A stretch of 64,000 nucleotides of DNA from Vampirovibrio sp. (GTDB taxonomy: Bacteria > Cyanobacteriota > Vampirovibrionia > Vampirovibrionales > Vampirovibrionaceae), in contig NZ_JBGSRV010000012.1 of assembly GCF_041737375.1 (NCBI RefSeq), positions 94,790 to 158,789 of the forward strand, read 5' to 3'. Positions 37,220 through 46,428 of the stretch are shown piece by piece. Numbering within the stretch: position 1 is the stretch's first letter; each line of letters opens with the position of its first letter. The notes below the pieces were generated by a model. It made no database searches and had not been told where the DNA came from. It saw only the letters and a list, made by a program, of their open reading frames with translations. Position numbers and translations under genes: made by a program.

Positions 37220-38368
37220 ATGGGGTTAATGTCGGGCACCTCGGTGGATGGGGTGGATGCCTGTTTGGCCCGGTTGAGCTGGCAGAGCGGAAAACTGCAT
37301 CATGACATTCTGGCCACGCACAGTGTGCCCATGCCTGCTGATTTGCGGGAGCGCTTGTTGCGTTGCATGGCGGAAAAATCGATCCAACTGGAAGAATTTT
37401 GCCGCCTGAATGTGGCGGTGGGTCAGTTATTTGCCGATACCGCCTTCGGGTTGATGCAGGCCCACAATATTTCAGCCTCTCAAATTGATTGCATTGGTTC
37501 TCATGGGCAAACGCTGTATCACTGGCCGCCCACCCAACCCGGCATGTTGGGTGGTACCCTGCAAATTGGGGAGCCTTCTTTGATTGCCGAAAAAACCGGC
37601 GTGTTGACCATTGCCGATTTTCGCCCCCGTGATATGGCCGCCGGGGGCCAAGGGGCGCCATTGGTGTGTTTCGCCGATCAGCTTTTGTTTCAGGATGACA
37701 CGGTTGGGCGTTGCGTTCAAAACATTGGGGGCATTGCCAATGTAACGGTGGTGCCATCGCATGCCCATTTAAAAGAACACGATGTCCCCCTGATGGCCTT
37801 TGATACCGGTCCGGGCAACATGTTGATGGATGCCGCCGTTGATCATTTTTATCAAAAATCGTATGATCCGGATGGAGCCATTGCTGCCAGTGGCACGGTG
37901 AACGAGCCATTACTTCAGCACTTGATGGCCCATGCCTATTTGAGCCAGCAGCCGCCCAAAACCACGGGCCGAGAGTTGTTTGGGCTGCCCTGTTTTCAGG
38001 AACTGTTGCTGGGCTTTCCCAATATTCCGCCTGCCGACTGGCTGGCCACCCTTAACCGTTTTACCGCTGCCAGTATCGTGGATGCCTATCAGCGTTTTGT
38101 GTTTCCGGTGTATCCGGTTTCAGAAGTGATTGTGGGCGGGGGCGGATCGTTGAATCCGGTTTTGCTTAATAACCTCCGGGATTTGTTCGCTCAACATGCT
38201 CATGCCATTTCGGTTAAAACCCATGCGGATTTTGGCATTCCCGATCAGTATAAAGAAGCGCTGGCGTTTGCCATTTTGGCCTGGGCCAGTTTGCTGAACC
38301 GGGCCAATAATTTGCCCGCCTGCACCGGGGCCAGTCATGCGGTAGTAATGGGCAAGCACGTTCGCTAA
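37220..38368 (+). CDS. anmK: Anhydro-N-acetylmuramic acid kinase
   Basis: The canonical N-terminus 'MGLMSGTSVDGVD' begins at 37220. The ORF is open from 37040, but that part overlaps the HAD gene. Confidence 0.85.
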   Translation: MGLMSGTSVDGVDACLARLSWQSGKLHHDILATHSVPMPADLRERLLRCMAEKSIQLEEFCRLNVAVGQLFADTAFGLMQAHNISASQIDCIGSHGQTLYHWPPTQPGMLGGTLQIGEPSLIAEKTGVLTIADFRPRDMAAGGQGAPLVCFADQLLFQDDTVGRCVQNIGGIANVTVVPSHAHLKEHDVPLMAFDTGPGNMLMDAAVDHFYQKSYDPDGAIAASGTVNEPLLQHLMAHAYLSQQPPKTTGRELFGLPCFQELLLGFPNIPPADWLATLNRFTAASIVDAYQRFVFPVYPVSEVIVGGGGSLNPVLLNNLRDLFAQHAHAISVKTHADFGIPDQYKEALAFAILAWASLLNRANNLPACTGASHAVVMGKHVR

Positions 38369-38390
38369 AAAGCCGCAAATAAAAAAGCGC

Positions 38391-39659
38391 TTAAACGGCT
38401 TCTAATGGCAAAAGGCGTGGTCCTTTTTTACTGTGTCGGGCTTTCTGAAAATCAATCCAAACCCCTAAAATACTGGCCAGCGGAAATGACAGAAAAATAC
38501 CCGAAAAGCCCATGATTTGAATGCAGGCCAAAAAGGTGAGAATAAACAGAATGGGGTGAATCTCAAACTTTTTGCTCACCAGCTTGGGCCACAGCCAATA
38601 AGATTTCAACAGGTAAAACGATCCGGCCACCAGCAAAACAGGCAAAATATGCAGGGGAGAGCCACTCATTTCCACCACCACAATAATGGGTAATAAGCCT
38701 AGCCATGGACCAATCACCGGCAAAATGGAAACGCAGCCCAGCACCACCCCCAACAGCAGGGCGTATTTAACCCCAATAATCAGCAACACGCAGTACATTA
38801 ACCCGCCTGATAAAAAGCTCATCAGCACCTGGCCTTTAATGATGGTGTAAAACTGATTGTGCAAGCGGGTTAAAAATTGATTGGCAAATGCCCCGTGGCG
38901 TGAGGGCATTAGGTTAATCATGCCTCGCCTCAGGGTTTGTCCATCGTGCAGCAAGTAAAAAACCAGTACCAGTGTGGTTAAAATATAAACCACGCTGCTT
39001 AAGGTGGTGGCCCCAACATCCAGCACGTAACGCCCTAGTTTGGTGGCGTACCCTTTAGAAATAGAGGCCAGTTTTTGCATAACCAACGATCGGGTGGCCG
39101 ATACCAGTCGTGCTTTGGGATTTTGGCTCAGCGCTTTTGTGGACAAAATGGTTTGCTGATGGCGGATGTTTTGGGTGGAACCTGCCGCATTGGCCGTTGT
39201 TTTTTCAACTCGACTGGCGCTGGCCTTAAAGTGGTTGGTTGTTGCGGTTCCCAAATTTGGGGCGCCATGGACTTTGCCCAGATGGGTGGGTAAATCCTTG
39301 GCAAATTCTTTCACCTGAATGGAAACAGGCACCACGATGCGAATGGCCGCAAAAATAAACAACCCGATGCACAGCAGGTACACCGTAACGATCGCCAGCA
39401 TGCGCCGTAGCCCGGATGACACGTTCCACTGCCGGGGAAACACTTTTCCCAAAAAGTATTCCAGCCCGTTGACCGGACCCAGTAGCAGGTAGGTCACAAT
39501 CAGGGAGGCGGCCAGCATGGCCATAATGGAAGGCAGAAATTCGGTTAAGGTTAAAGCGCCGTACAGCAAAATCATCAAGCAAATCAAAAACAGGTTGAGC
39601 CGGGTGAGTGGTGAAACAATCTGTTTGGCCTCAGGCGGGGTCGGGTTTAGGTTCGACAT
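38391..39659 (-). CDS. AI-2E (PerM/TqsA) family transporter, paralog 1
   Basis: 422 aa polytopic protein. GGAGGAGG box upstream of the ATG at 39659. Confidence 0.7.
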   Translation of the reverse strand: MSNLNPTPPEAKQIVSPLTRLNLFLICLMILLYGALTLTEFLPSIMAMLAASLIVTYLLLGPVNGLEYFLGKVFPRQWNVSSGLRRMLAIVTVYLLCIGLFIFAAIRIVVPVSIQVKEFAKDLPTHLGKVHGAPNLGTATTNHFKASASRVEKTTANAAGSTQNIRHQQTILSTKALSQNPKARLVSATRSLVMQKLASISKGYATKLGRYVLDVGATTLSSVVYILTTLVLVFYLLHDGQTLRRGMINLMPSRHGAFANQFLTRLHNQFYTIIKGQVLMSFLSGGLMYCVLLIIGVKYALLLGVVLGCVSILPVIGPWLGLLPIIVVVEMSGSPLHILPVLLVAGSFYLLKSYWLWPKLVSKKFEIHPILFILTFLACIQIMGFSGIFLSFPLASILGVWIDFQKARHSKKGPRLLPLEAV

Positions 39660-40938
39660 AAGGACCTCCTCCTGCTGAAACGTTTTCGGGGGGCGATGTT
39701 AAGTGGTTTTCTTTTTGCAGCAATAATCGCCAAATGACATTAATGGCGCTGGCCAAGGGCAGGGCCAGCAGTACACCCAGCAATCCCGCCACCTGAGCGC
39801 AAATGAGCAGGGCCAGCAAAATAACCATGGGGTGCAGTCCCATGACATCTCCCACCACTTTGGGGGCCAGAATATTATCTTTAATGGTTTGATAGGCATA
39901 AGAGCAAGCCCATACATACAGGGCCACCACCGGATCCATGTTCAGCAAAATAACGGTGAGCCCAATCACAATACCAACCCAGGTGCCTACCACCGGCAGT
40001 AATTCGGCAAGGGCAAAAATACAGCCCAGCAAAAAGGCGTAAGGCACATGAAAAATGGAGTAGATCAGGAACATGTAAAAGCCGGTTAGAATGCCCAGCA
40101 GCACTTGCCCCTTAATGAAGGCGAACATAACCTGATGAAAGGTTTCCAGCAGGTAAGTGGCGGTTGGCCGACTGGCACGGGGAAGCAGCCGCAGTGTTTC
40201 TCCTTTGAGTCGGTGGGCGTCAATTAAAAAGTAAAAAATCAGTATCATTCCGGCTAAAAAGTAAACCAGCCCATTCACGGTGCCAGCCGCTACCGAAATG
40301 AGATTGGGTATGGCCGATGCAAACAGGTTTTCCAGCTGGGTAATGCCGCTTTGGATCACGGTTTGCTGAATCACTTCTTTTTCTTCGGCGGAAACCGGCT
40401 TGCCGGATTGTTGGTGGTAACGCACCGTGCCTTGTTGTTCGGCCTGTGTGATGTCCTGCTGGAAAACATCTCTTAAGGTGCCTTGGCCAATGTTGCTGTC
40501 TATCCAGTCCATGGCGGTATCGGCGGCATCTACCGCTTGTATGCCCATTTTGTGGCCCAAATCTCCCAGCTGATTGCCCAAAAGTGGTAAAAAGCGAATG
40601 CTGCCCACGGTTAATCCGATAAACACCACCGCGTAAACCACCAAAACCGCTAAAATACGGGGGTTGGCCTCTGGAGAGTATCGGGTGACAGCTTGATAGG
40701 GTCTGAACTGATGGCCCCATTTTGAAACCGCTTCAATGCCTTGTTCCATTAAATTGACGGGCCCTACCAGGATGTAGGTGATGATTAAAACGCAGCCCAA
40801 CAAGGCGGTTAGGGCATAGAAATAGTGAATTAAAATGCCCGCAGCCGCCAACATCAGCAAAGTGCTGGTAATACTCAGCATGAGCCGGACGGTTTTTTCC
40901 GGAATCAATGGCTGGCTGGATTCAGTCCCTCTTATCAT
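39631..40938 (-). CDS. AI-2E (PerM/TqsA) family transporter, paralog 2
   Basis: 435 aa polytopic protein with the same topology as its neighbour. Its 3' end overlaps the downstream paralog by 29 nt. Confidence 0.7.
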   Translation of the reverse strand: MIRGTESSQPLIPEKTVRLMLSITSTLLMLAAAGILIHYFYALTALLGCVLIITYILVGPVNLMEQGIEAVSKWGHQFRPYQAVTRYSPEANPRILAVLVVYAVVFIGLTVGSIRFLPLLGNQLGDLGHKMGIQAVDAADTAMDWIDSNIGQGTLRDVFQQDITQAEQQGTVRYHQQSGKPVSAEEKEVIQQTVIQSGITQLENLFASAIPNLISVAAGTVNGLVYFLAGMILIFYFLIDAHRLKGETLRLLPRASRPTATYLLETFHQVMFAFIKGQVLLGILTGFYMFLIYSIFHVPYAFLLGCIFALAELLPVVGTWVGIVIGLTVILLNMDPVVALYVWACSYAYQTIKDNILAPKVVGDVMGLHPMVILLALLICAQVAGLLGVLLALPLASAINVIWRLLLQKENHLTSPPENVSAGGGPYVEPKPDPA

Positions 40939-41100
40939 GTCCCTATTATACGGGGTGAGGCCCTAAATCGTAGCGTTTGAACGGATGGGTATTTTTCCCA
41001 TGATTTTTTGTCATGCGTTTGGAGGAATTTTAGACCCCTTGAGCCTGTTCTTGCCGGAATGCCGCCATAAATTCGATACAATAACAAAGTAGCCATTGTT

Positions 41101-41122
41101 CTGAGTTTGAATTCAAATTCAG
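41101..41122. promoter_or_regulatory. 22-bp near-perfect palindrome upstream of pilT (candidate operator)
   Basis: CTGAGTTTGAATTCAAATTCAG: 10 of 11 arm positions are complementary, with a perfect core TTTGAATTCAAA. Confidence 0.3.
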
Positions 41123-41264
41123 GCTTTTGCTGTTTTCAGGAAAAGTGAGTGAAGCCCATACGGGTTGAGATTAAACCCTTGAAGCAAGTTGTCAGGCCCT
41201 ATCTGGATTTGGCCTATTTGAAATTTGGCTTATCTGGATTTGGAAAGAGGAGCGAGACCCGTAC

Positions 41265-42347
41265 ATGATTCTTGAGGAACTGCTGGGACAGGTTTTTGAG
41301 CGTGGGGCAAGCGATCTCCACCTTTCCACGGGTTTACCGCCCGTACTTAGAATTGATGGCAATCTGGTGCGTACCGAGCATCCTCCGTTGTCTAAAGAAG
41401 ATTGCCAGCGGCTGATTTTTGGCATGCTGACCAACGAGCAGAGACGGGTGCTGGAGCAGAACTGGGACCTGGATTGTTCTTATGGCGTCTCCGGGTTGGG
41501 ACGGTTCCGGGTGAACGTGTATAAGGATAAAGGCTCTTATGCTGCCGCCCTGCGAACCATTCGGGCGGATGTGCCAACGTTTGATCAGCTCAATTTACCG
41601 GCGGTGGTTAAGGATATCGCTGAGCGGCCCAAGGGTTTGGTTTTGGTGACTGGCCCCACCGGCTCCGGTAAATCCACCACGCTGGCGGCCATGATTGATC
41701 ATGTCAACAGTACCAAGTCTCATCATATTTTGACCATTGAAGATCCGGTTGAATTTTTGCATACCTCCAAGCGTTGCGTCATTCACCAGCGAGAGTTGGG
41801 GCAGGATACCCGCAGTTTTGATAACGCCCTGAGGGCTGCCTTGCGGGAAGATCCCGATGTGATTCTGGTGGGTGAAATGCGGGATCTGGAAACCATTCGG
41901 CTGGCTTTAACCGCTGCGGAAACCGGCCACTTGGTTATGGGCACCCTGCACACTTCCAGCGCCATGCAAACCGTGGATCGGATTGTAGATGTATTTCCCC
42001 CGGAGCAGCAGCCGCAAATTCGGGTGCAATTATCGAACAGTTTGGTGGCGGTCTTGTCTCAGGCCTTGCTGCCCAGGCTGAACGAGCTGAAGGAAAAATC
42101 GGGCCGGGTGATGGCCCTGGAAATTATGACCATTACCCCGGCTATCGCCAACCTGATTCGGGAAGGAAAAACTGCCCAGATTTACTCATCTATCCAGACC
42201 GGTGCCCAGTACAACATGCAAACCATGGAAACTTCTCTTAAAGAGTTGTATCAACGTGGGGTGGTCACTTTTGAGGATGCCTTGTCCAAAACCACTCGCC
42301 CGGAAGACTTTAAGCGGCTGGTGAGTGGTGGCGGGGCCAGCCATTAG
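41265..42347 (+). CDS. pilT: Type IV pilus twitching-motility ATPase PilT
   Basis: 360 aa with Walker A 'GPTGSGKSTT', 'LVGEMRD' and 'HLVMGTLHT'. AAGAGGAG box upstream. Confidence 0.9.
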   Translation: MILEELLGQVFERGASDLHLSTGLPPVLRIDGNLVRTEHPPLSKEDCQRLIFGMLTNEQRRVLEQNWDLDCSYGVSGLGRFRVNVYKDKGSYAAALRTIRADVPTFDQLNLPAVVKDIAERPKGLVLVTGPTGSGKSTTLAAMIDHVNSTKSHHILTIEDPVEFLHTSKRCVIHQRELGQDTRSFDNALRAALREDPDVILVGEMRDLETIRLALTAAETGHLVMGTLHTSSAMQTVDRIVDVFPPEQQPQIRVQLSNSLVAVLSQALLPRLNELKEKSGRVMALEIMTITPAIANLIREGKTAQIYSSIQTGAQYNMQTMETSLKELYQRGVVTFEDALSKTTRPEDFKRLVSGGGASH

Positions 42348-42496
42348 TTTGCGCGGTTAAAACCTGTTTGATTTGGCGCTTTTTTTAGCGGGTTGTGGCC
42401 AGCTTGTTGTGAATGCTGGCAAATTTGGCCGCTGACACTGGGCTACAATAGTATTGATTGGTGTGTGTAACGCTGAAATCGGGATCAGGATTTTTT

Positions 42497-43384
42497 ATGT
42501 ATTTAATGCTGTCAGAGTATCTGGATCATTTATCGTGTGAGCGGGGCTATGCGGCCAACACGCTGGAAGCTTACGAGCGGGATATTCTGGAGTTCCTGCG
42601 CTACCACGAAAATCGTCAGGTTAAGCTCTACCAGATTTCACGGCGGGAAGTTAGCCGCTATTTGGGGGAATTGCGAACTAAAAACAACGCCACCACCTCC
42701 ATTTTAAGAAAAATCAGCAGCGTTAAAGGCTTTTACGAATGGCTTCAGGAAAAAGGCACCTTGCGGGATAATCCCTTAAGCCTGCTGGAGTTGCCAAAAC
42801 GCCGAAAAATATTGCCCAAAGTGCTTAGTGTGTCTGAGGTGAGCCGCTTGCTGAATTGTGATCAGTTGTGCAGGCAAGATAAAGTGATTGTCGAACTGCT
42901 TTACGCTTGTGGCTTGCGGGTATCGGAGCTGGCCAGCTTGCCAGTAAAAGCGGTTGATCTGGATGGCGGCTATATTCGAGTTCTAGGCAAGGGCGGTAAA
43001 GAGCGTTTGATTCCGCTGGGAGCGGTATCGGTGGCGGTGGTGCGTGAGTACCTGTCTGAAACCGGCTTGCAAGGCGATGATCCGCTTTTGGTGGGCTTTG
43101 GTGGCAAGGGCGGCTTGTTTAAAACCCCGCTGAACCGCCGGGAAATTTGGCAACGGGTGCGGGATATGAAACATATCATTGGGCGAGAGGTGTCTCCGCA
43201 TACCTTTAGGCACAGTTTTGCCACCCATTTGCTGGAAAACGGGGCCGATTTGCGGGTGGTGCAGGAGCTGCTGGGCCATAGCGATATTTCGACGACTCAA
43301 ATTTATACTCAAATCAGCAAGCGCCACGTTAAAATGGCCCACCGTAACGTGTTTGATACCTTGCATACTGAATCTGACAATTAA
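42497..43384 (+). CDS. xerD: Tyrosine recombinase, XerC/XerD family
   Basis: Motif 'RHSFATHLLENGADLRVVQELLGHSDISTTQIYT' and N-terminal SAM-like domain 'YLDHLSCERGYAANTLEAYERDI'. The ORF is open from 42458. Confidence 0.8.
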   Translation: MYLMLSEYLDHLSCERGYAANTLEAYERDILEFLRYHENRQVKLYQISRREVSRYLGELRTKNNATTSILRKISSVKGFYEWLQEKGTLRDNPLSLLELPKRRKILPKVLSVSEVSRLLNCDQLCRQDKVIVELLYACGLRVSELASLPVKAVDLDGGYIRVLGKGGKERLIPLGAVSVAVVREYLSETGLQGDDPLLVGFGGKGGLFKTPLNRREIWQRVRDMKHIIGREVSPHTFRHSFATHLLENGADLRVVQELLGHSDISTTQIYTQISKRHVKMAHRNVFDTLHTESDN

Positions 43385-43565
43385 GCCAGGTTTTTGGGGC
43401 GGTAAGCACCGCTAAAACCCGCTTTAAAAAGGGTGTGTTGAGCGGATGGCTGGAATGGTGGCATGAAAAGCGTTCTTGTTTCTGCTTAAATAAGTATTGA
43501 TAAAGTAACAGGGTTATCCAAGCCCTTTTTCAATTTGCTATTCCGCAGCCGCAAGGTTGGTCACC

Positions 43566-43988
43566 ATGTCCTCTGTTCATCCCACACTGGTCAATAACCC
43601 CTCCAATCACGATCGCTTTAAGCGGTTTCGATCGGTTTACACCAATGCGGAAACCCGGAGCGATATAGAGGACTCCCCCAAAGCCCCTGCCAGACTTGCG
43701 CAGCAAGGGGGGAATGAGCCATTTTATGCGGGCTATTATAACTACTATTTGTCTGCCGCCCAGAACCCGTTGGTGGTTCAAAATGTGAATAACGCCGCTA
43801 GTCAGCTCGTTTCGGAAAGCGTTGTGCAAATGGTGCCATCCTGGACGGAACTTGTGCGGATGGGGATTCGCAGCGCGCAGGAGCAGTGGATTTCCCGGCG
43901 GCCTTCCATTTTTGGCAAGCCGGATAAAGGCAACACCACCGCATTCAAGGGGGATGAAGTGGTACGGCGTTTTTGTCGCTGGGCATAA
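43566..43988 (+). CDS. Hypothetical protein (orphan)
   Basis: About 140 aa with no recognisable motif. The ATG at 43566 lies 9-12 nt after an AAGG box; the ORF is open from the TTG at 43557. Confidence 0.4.
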   Translation: MSSVHPTLVNNPSNHDRFKRFRSVYTNAETRSDIEDSPKAPARLAQQGGNEPFYAGYYNYYLSAAQNPLVVQNVNNAASQLVSESVVQMVPSWTELVRMGIRSAQEQWISRRPSIFGKPDKGNTTAFKGDEVVRRFCRWA

Positions 43989-44152
43989 AGGGCCAGCGGA
44001 GTGGGCCGTTTTCTGTTTGGATACCCCGCCCCTTTATTCTGGGGGGCAAATTCAGTACACTGGACATATTCGGCCAAAATGCCTGAATTTAAGGGGGTGT
44101 TTGTTGGGCCGACGATCAAAAAACAGGGAACCCAGGAGAGTCAGGCCGCGTT

Positions 44153-46339
44153 ATGACCATTGAGAGCATGGAAACCCGTTCGCAAACCCGAATTGAGACT
44201 TATATCCCGCTGTATCGCAAGTACCGGCCTCAGTTGTTTGCCGACTTGGTGGGTCAGGAGGCTATTTCTCAAACCCTGGGCAACGCCATTGCTTTAAATA
44301 AAGTTGCCCATGCCTATTTGTTTTGCGGCCCTCGGGGCACCGGCAAAACCTCTACCGCCCGCATCTTCGCCAAATCGCTGAACTGTGAACAGGGACCCAC
44401 TGCTTCGCCCTGCTTGCAATGCGCCTCCTGCACCGGCATTGCCCAAGGCAACGCTTTGGACGTGATTGAATTTGACGCGGCCAGTAACAACGGGGTGGGC
44501 GATGCCCGTGAGCTGATTGAAAATTGCCAGTACAGTTCCATGACCGGTCGTTTCAAGGTTTATATTATTGATGAGGTGCATATGCTCACCTCGCAGGCCT
44601 TTAATGCCCTGCTAAAAACCCTGGAAGAGCCTCCGGCCAACGTTATTTTTATTTTCGCCACCACCGAAGCCCACAAGGTGCTGCCTACCATCATTAGCCG
44701 GTGTCAGCGTTTTGATTTTAATCGCATTACCACCGAAAACATTGTGGGGCGCTTGCGCTATATCGCCCAGCAGGAAGCCATTGGCATTGACGAGGAAGCC
44801 TTGTTGATGATTGGCCGCCATGCCCGTGGCGGTTTAAGAGACGCGGTGGGTTTGCTCGATCAGGTGTCGGTGCTAAGCCGGGCCCAGGCGGATAAGCTGA
44901 TTGGCCGTCAGGATGTGGCCCTGTTTATTGGCACCCTGGAAGAAGATTTGTTGTTGCGCCTTAGCGGGGCCATTGCCGAGCGTCGGGCCGCCGATTTGCT
45001 CAACGAGCTGAACGAGTTGTTGAACCGGGGCATTGAGCCCATTCAGTTGTTGAAAGATTTAACCCTGCATTTTAGAAACCTGTTGTTGGTGCAGGCGGTG
45101 GGGGCCAACGCCAATCCCGATTTATTGTCTCTGCCGCCCGATTACTTTAAGCGGCTGGCTGAGCAAAGCGCCCTGTTCCCCGAAATGGAGGAAATCCCCC
45201 AGATTATCGGGCGGCTTTCCTTTGTGGAGCGCAATGTTCGCAACAGTTCCCAGCCTCAGCTTTGGCTGGAGGTGGGCTTAATTGAACTGGCCTATCGCCA
45301 TGACATTCAGTTGGTGAAAGAGTTATCGGAGCGGGTGGCACGACTGGAGCAGCAATTGGCCGGTGCGCCAGTTGTATCCAAACCGCTGTCTGCCACCTCA
45401 GCGCCGGTCAAGTCCGCACCAGCAAAACCTCAAGCTTCACCCCCATTGGCTCAACCGCAGGCCCGCCCTTCGGCTCCGGCCATGATGCCACCTCAACCAC
45501 CGGCGGCCATGGCGGTGCCCAGTGCGCCAGTTGCCACGCCCGCAGTTTCTTCCATGCCGGAACCCGTTGGCAAGGTCATGCAGGCGATGCCCGTTGCTGA
45601 TTCAGCCAGTTCGCCAGCACCGCCCAGTGGTTCGGTGGAGGCTATTTACGCTCAGGTTTGCGCCGCCATTCCCAGTTTGATGTTCCGCGCCCTCATTCAG
45701 CAGCAAACCTTTCCCATTAGTCAGGAAGGCGATTTGCTGGTGGTGGGCTGCGTGGGCGATCCGAATTTCACCACCCTCAAAAAGCCGGAGAAGTTTATTC
45801 ACCTGCAAAAAGCGGTGGATAAAGCCTTTGGCCGCCCCATGCGGATTGAGGTTACTCTGGAAAAGAAAAAGCCGACCGGCCACGGCGAAGCAACATCGGT
45901 CGCTGCTTCAAACGCTGCCTCCAGCCCGCCCGCCCCTGCGCCGGTTATGCCCGTTGCACCGGCAAAGCCTGAAGTGGTTGTGGTTGCTCCCGTGCCAACC
46001 GCACCCCCGTTACCGGCCATGGCGGTGGAAAAACCGGCTCCCGCCTTTGGGCCAGCCATGCCGGAAGGCTTTGTGCCAGTGCCTGTGAAGCCTTTAAACC
46101 CAAGCTTAAACACTGCCCCTGTTAACAGCGCCCCCCCATCGGCAGACGACATGCCGCCCATGGATATTGATAACCCTCCCCCCGGTCTGGAAGAAGAGGA
46201 TGAGGAGGAGATGGGCCTGAGCAATCCGGTGGCCATGTCTCGTACCTCACTCAGTATTTCCACTTCTCTGGGCGATCATGAATTGAGCGAAGCCAAAAAA
46301 CATGCCTTAGAGCTGCTACAGGGGCGAATTCTGGAGTAG
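44153..46339 (+). CDS. dnaX: DNA polymerase III subunit gamma/tau
   Basis: 728 aa with Walker A 'GPRGTGKTSTAR', 'IIDEVHML', 'SRCQRFDF' and a Cys4 module 'CEQGPTASPCLQCASC'. Long Pro/Ala-rich linkers. Confidence 0.92.
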   Translation: MTIESMETRSQTRIETYIPLYRKYRPQLFADLVGQEAISQTLGNAIALNKVAHAYLFCGPRGTGKTSTARIFAKSLNCEQGPTASPCLQCASCTGIAQGNALDVIEFDAASNNGVGDARELIENCQYSSMTGRFKVYIIDEVHMLTSQAFNALLKTLEEPPANVIFIFATTEAHKVLPTIISRCQRFDFNRITTENIVGRLRYIAQQEAIGIDEEALLMIGRHARGGLRDAVGLLDQVSVLSRAQADKLIGRQDVALFIGTLEEDLLLRLSGAIAERRAADLLNELNELLNRGIEPIQLLKDLTLHFRNLLLVQAVGANANPDLLSLPPDYFKRLAEQSALFPEMEEIPQIIGRLSFVERNVRNSSQPQLWLEVGLIELAYRHDIQLVKELSERVARLEQQLAGAPVVSKPLSATSAPVKSAPAKPQASPPLAQPQARPSAPAMMPPQPPAAMAVPSAPVATPAVSSMPEPVGKVMQAMPVADSASSPAPPSGSVEAIYAQVCAAIPSLMFRALIQQQTFPISQEGDLLVVGCVGDPNFTTLKKPEKFIHLQKAVDKAFGRPMRIEVTLEKKKPTGHGEATSVAASNAASSPPAPAPVMPVAPAKPEVVVVAPVPTAPPLPAMAVEKPAPAFGPAMPEGFVPVPVKPLNPSLNTAPVNSAPPSADDMPPMDIDNPPPGLEEEDEEEMGLSNPVAMSRTSLSISTSLGDHELSEAKKHALELLQGRILE

Positions 46340-46428
46340 GGTTTTGGCGCTTGCGCTGAAGCGCCCCGTTCCCCTGATTTCGGTAACAGGCTACAATGGG
46401 GATGGTGTGATGTGGACTTTTAAGCGTT

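Noticed and set aside
37104-37910. 268-aa antisense ORF inside anmK, and similar ones (46999-47823 inside the kinase gene, 33258-33797 inside gyrA)
   Set aside because: They lie opposite genes with strong diagnostic motifs. Their composition is the Pro/Arg/His/Gly-rich kind typical of antisense frames, and none has a recognisable domain.
42497-43384. Tyrosine recombinase as a marker of an integrated mobile element
   Set aside because: The sequence is Xer-type (chromosome dimer resolution). It is flanked by pilT and dnaX, with no att-like repeats, phage genes or cargo genes.
45770-45875. Programmed -1 frameshift site in dnaX (gamma vs tau)
   Set aside because: Only C-AAA-AAG and G-AAA-AAG strings are present. 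There is no canonical A-AAA-AAG heptamer with a downstream stem-loop and no long A-run for transcriptional slippage.
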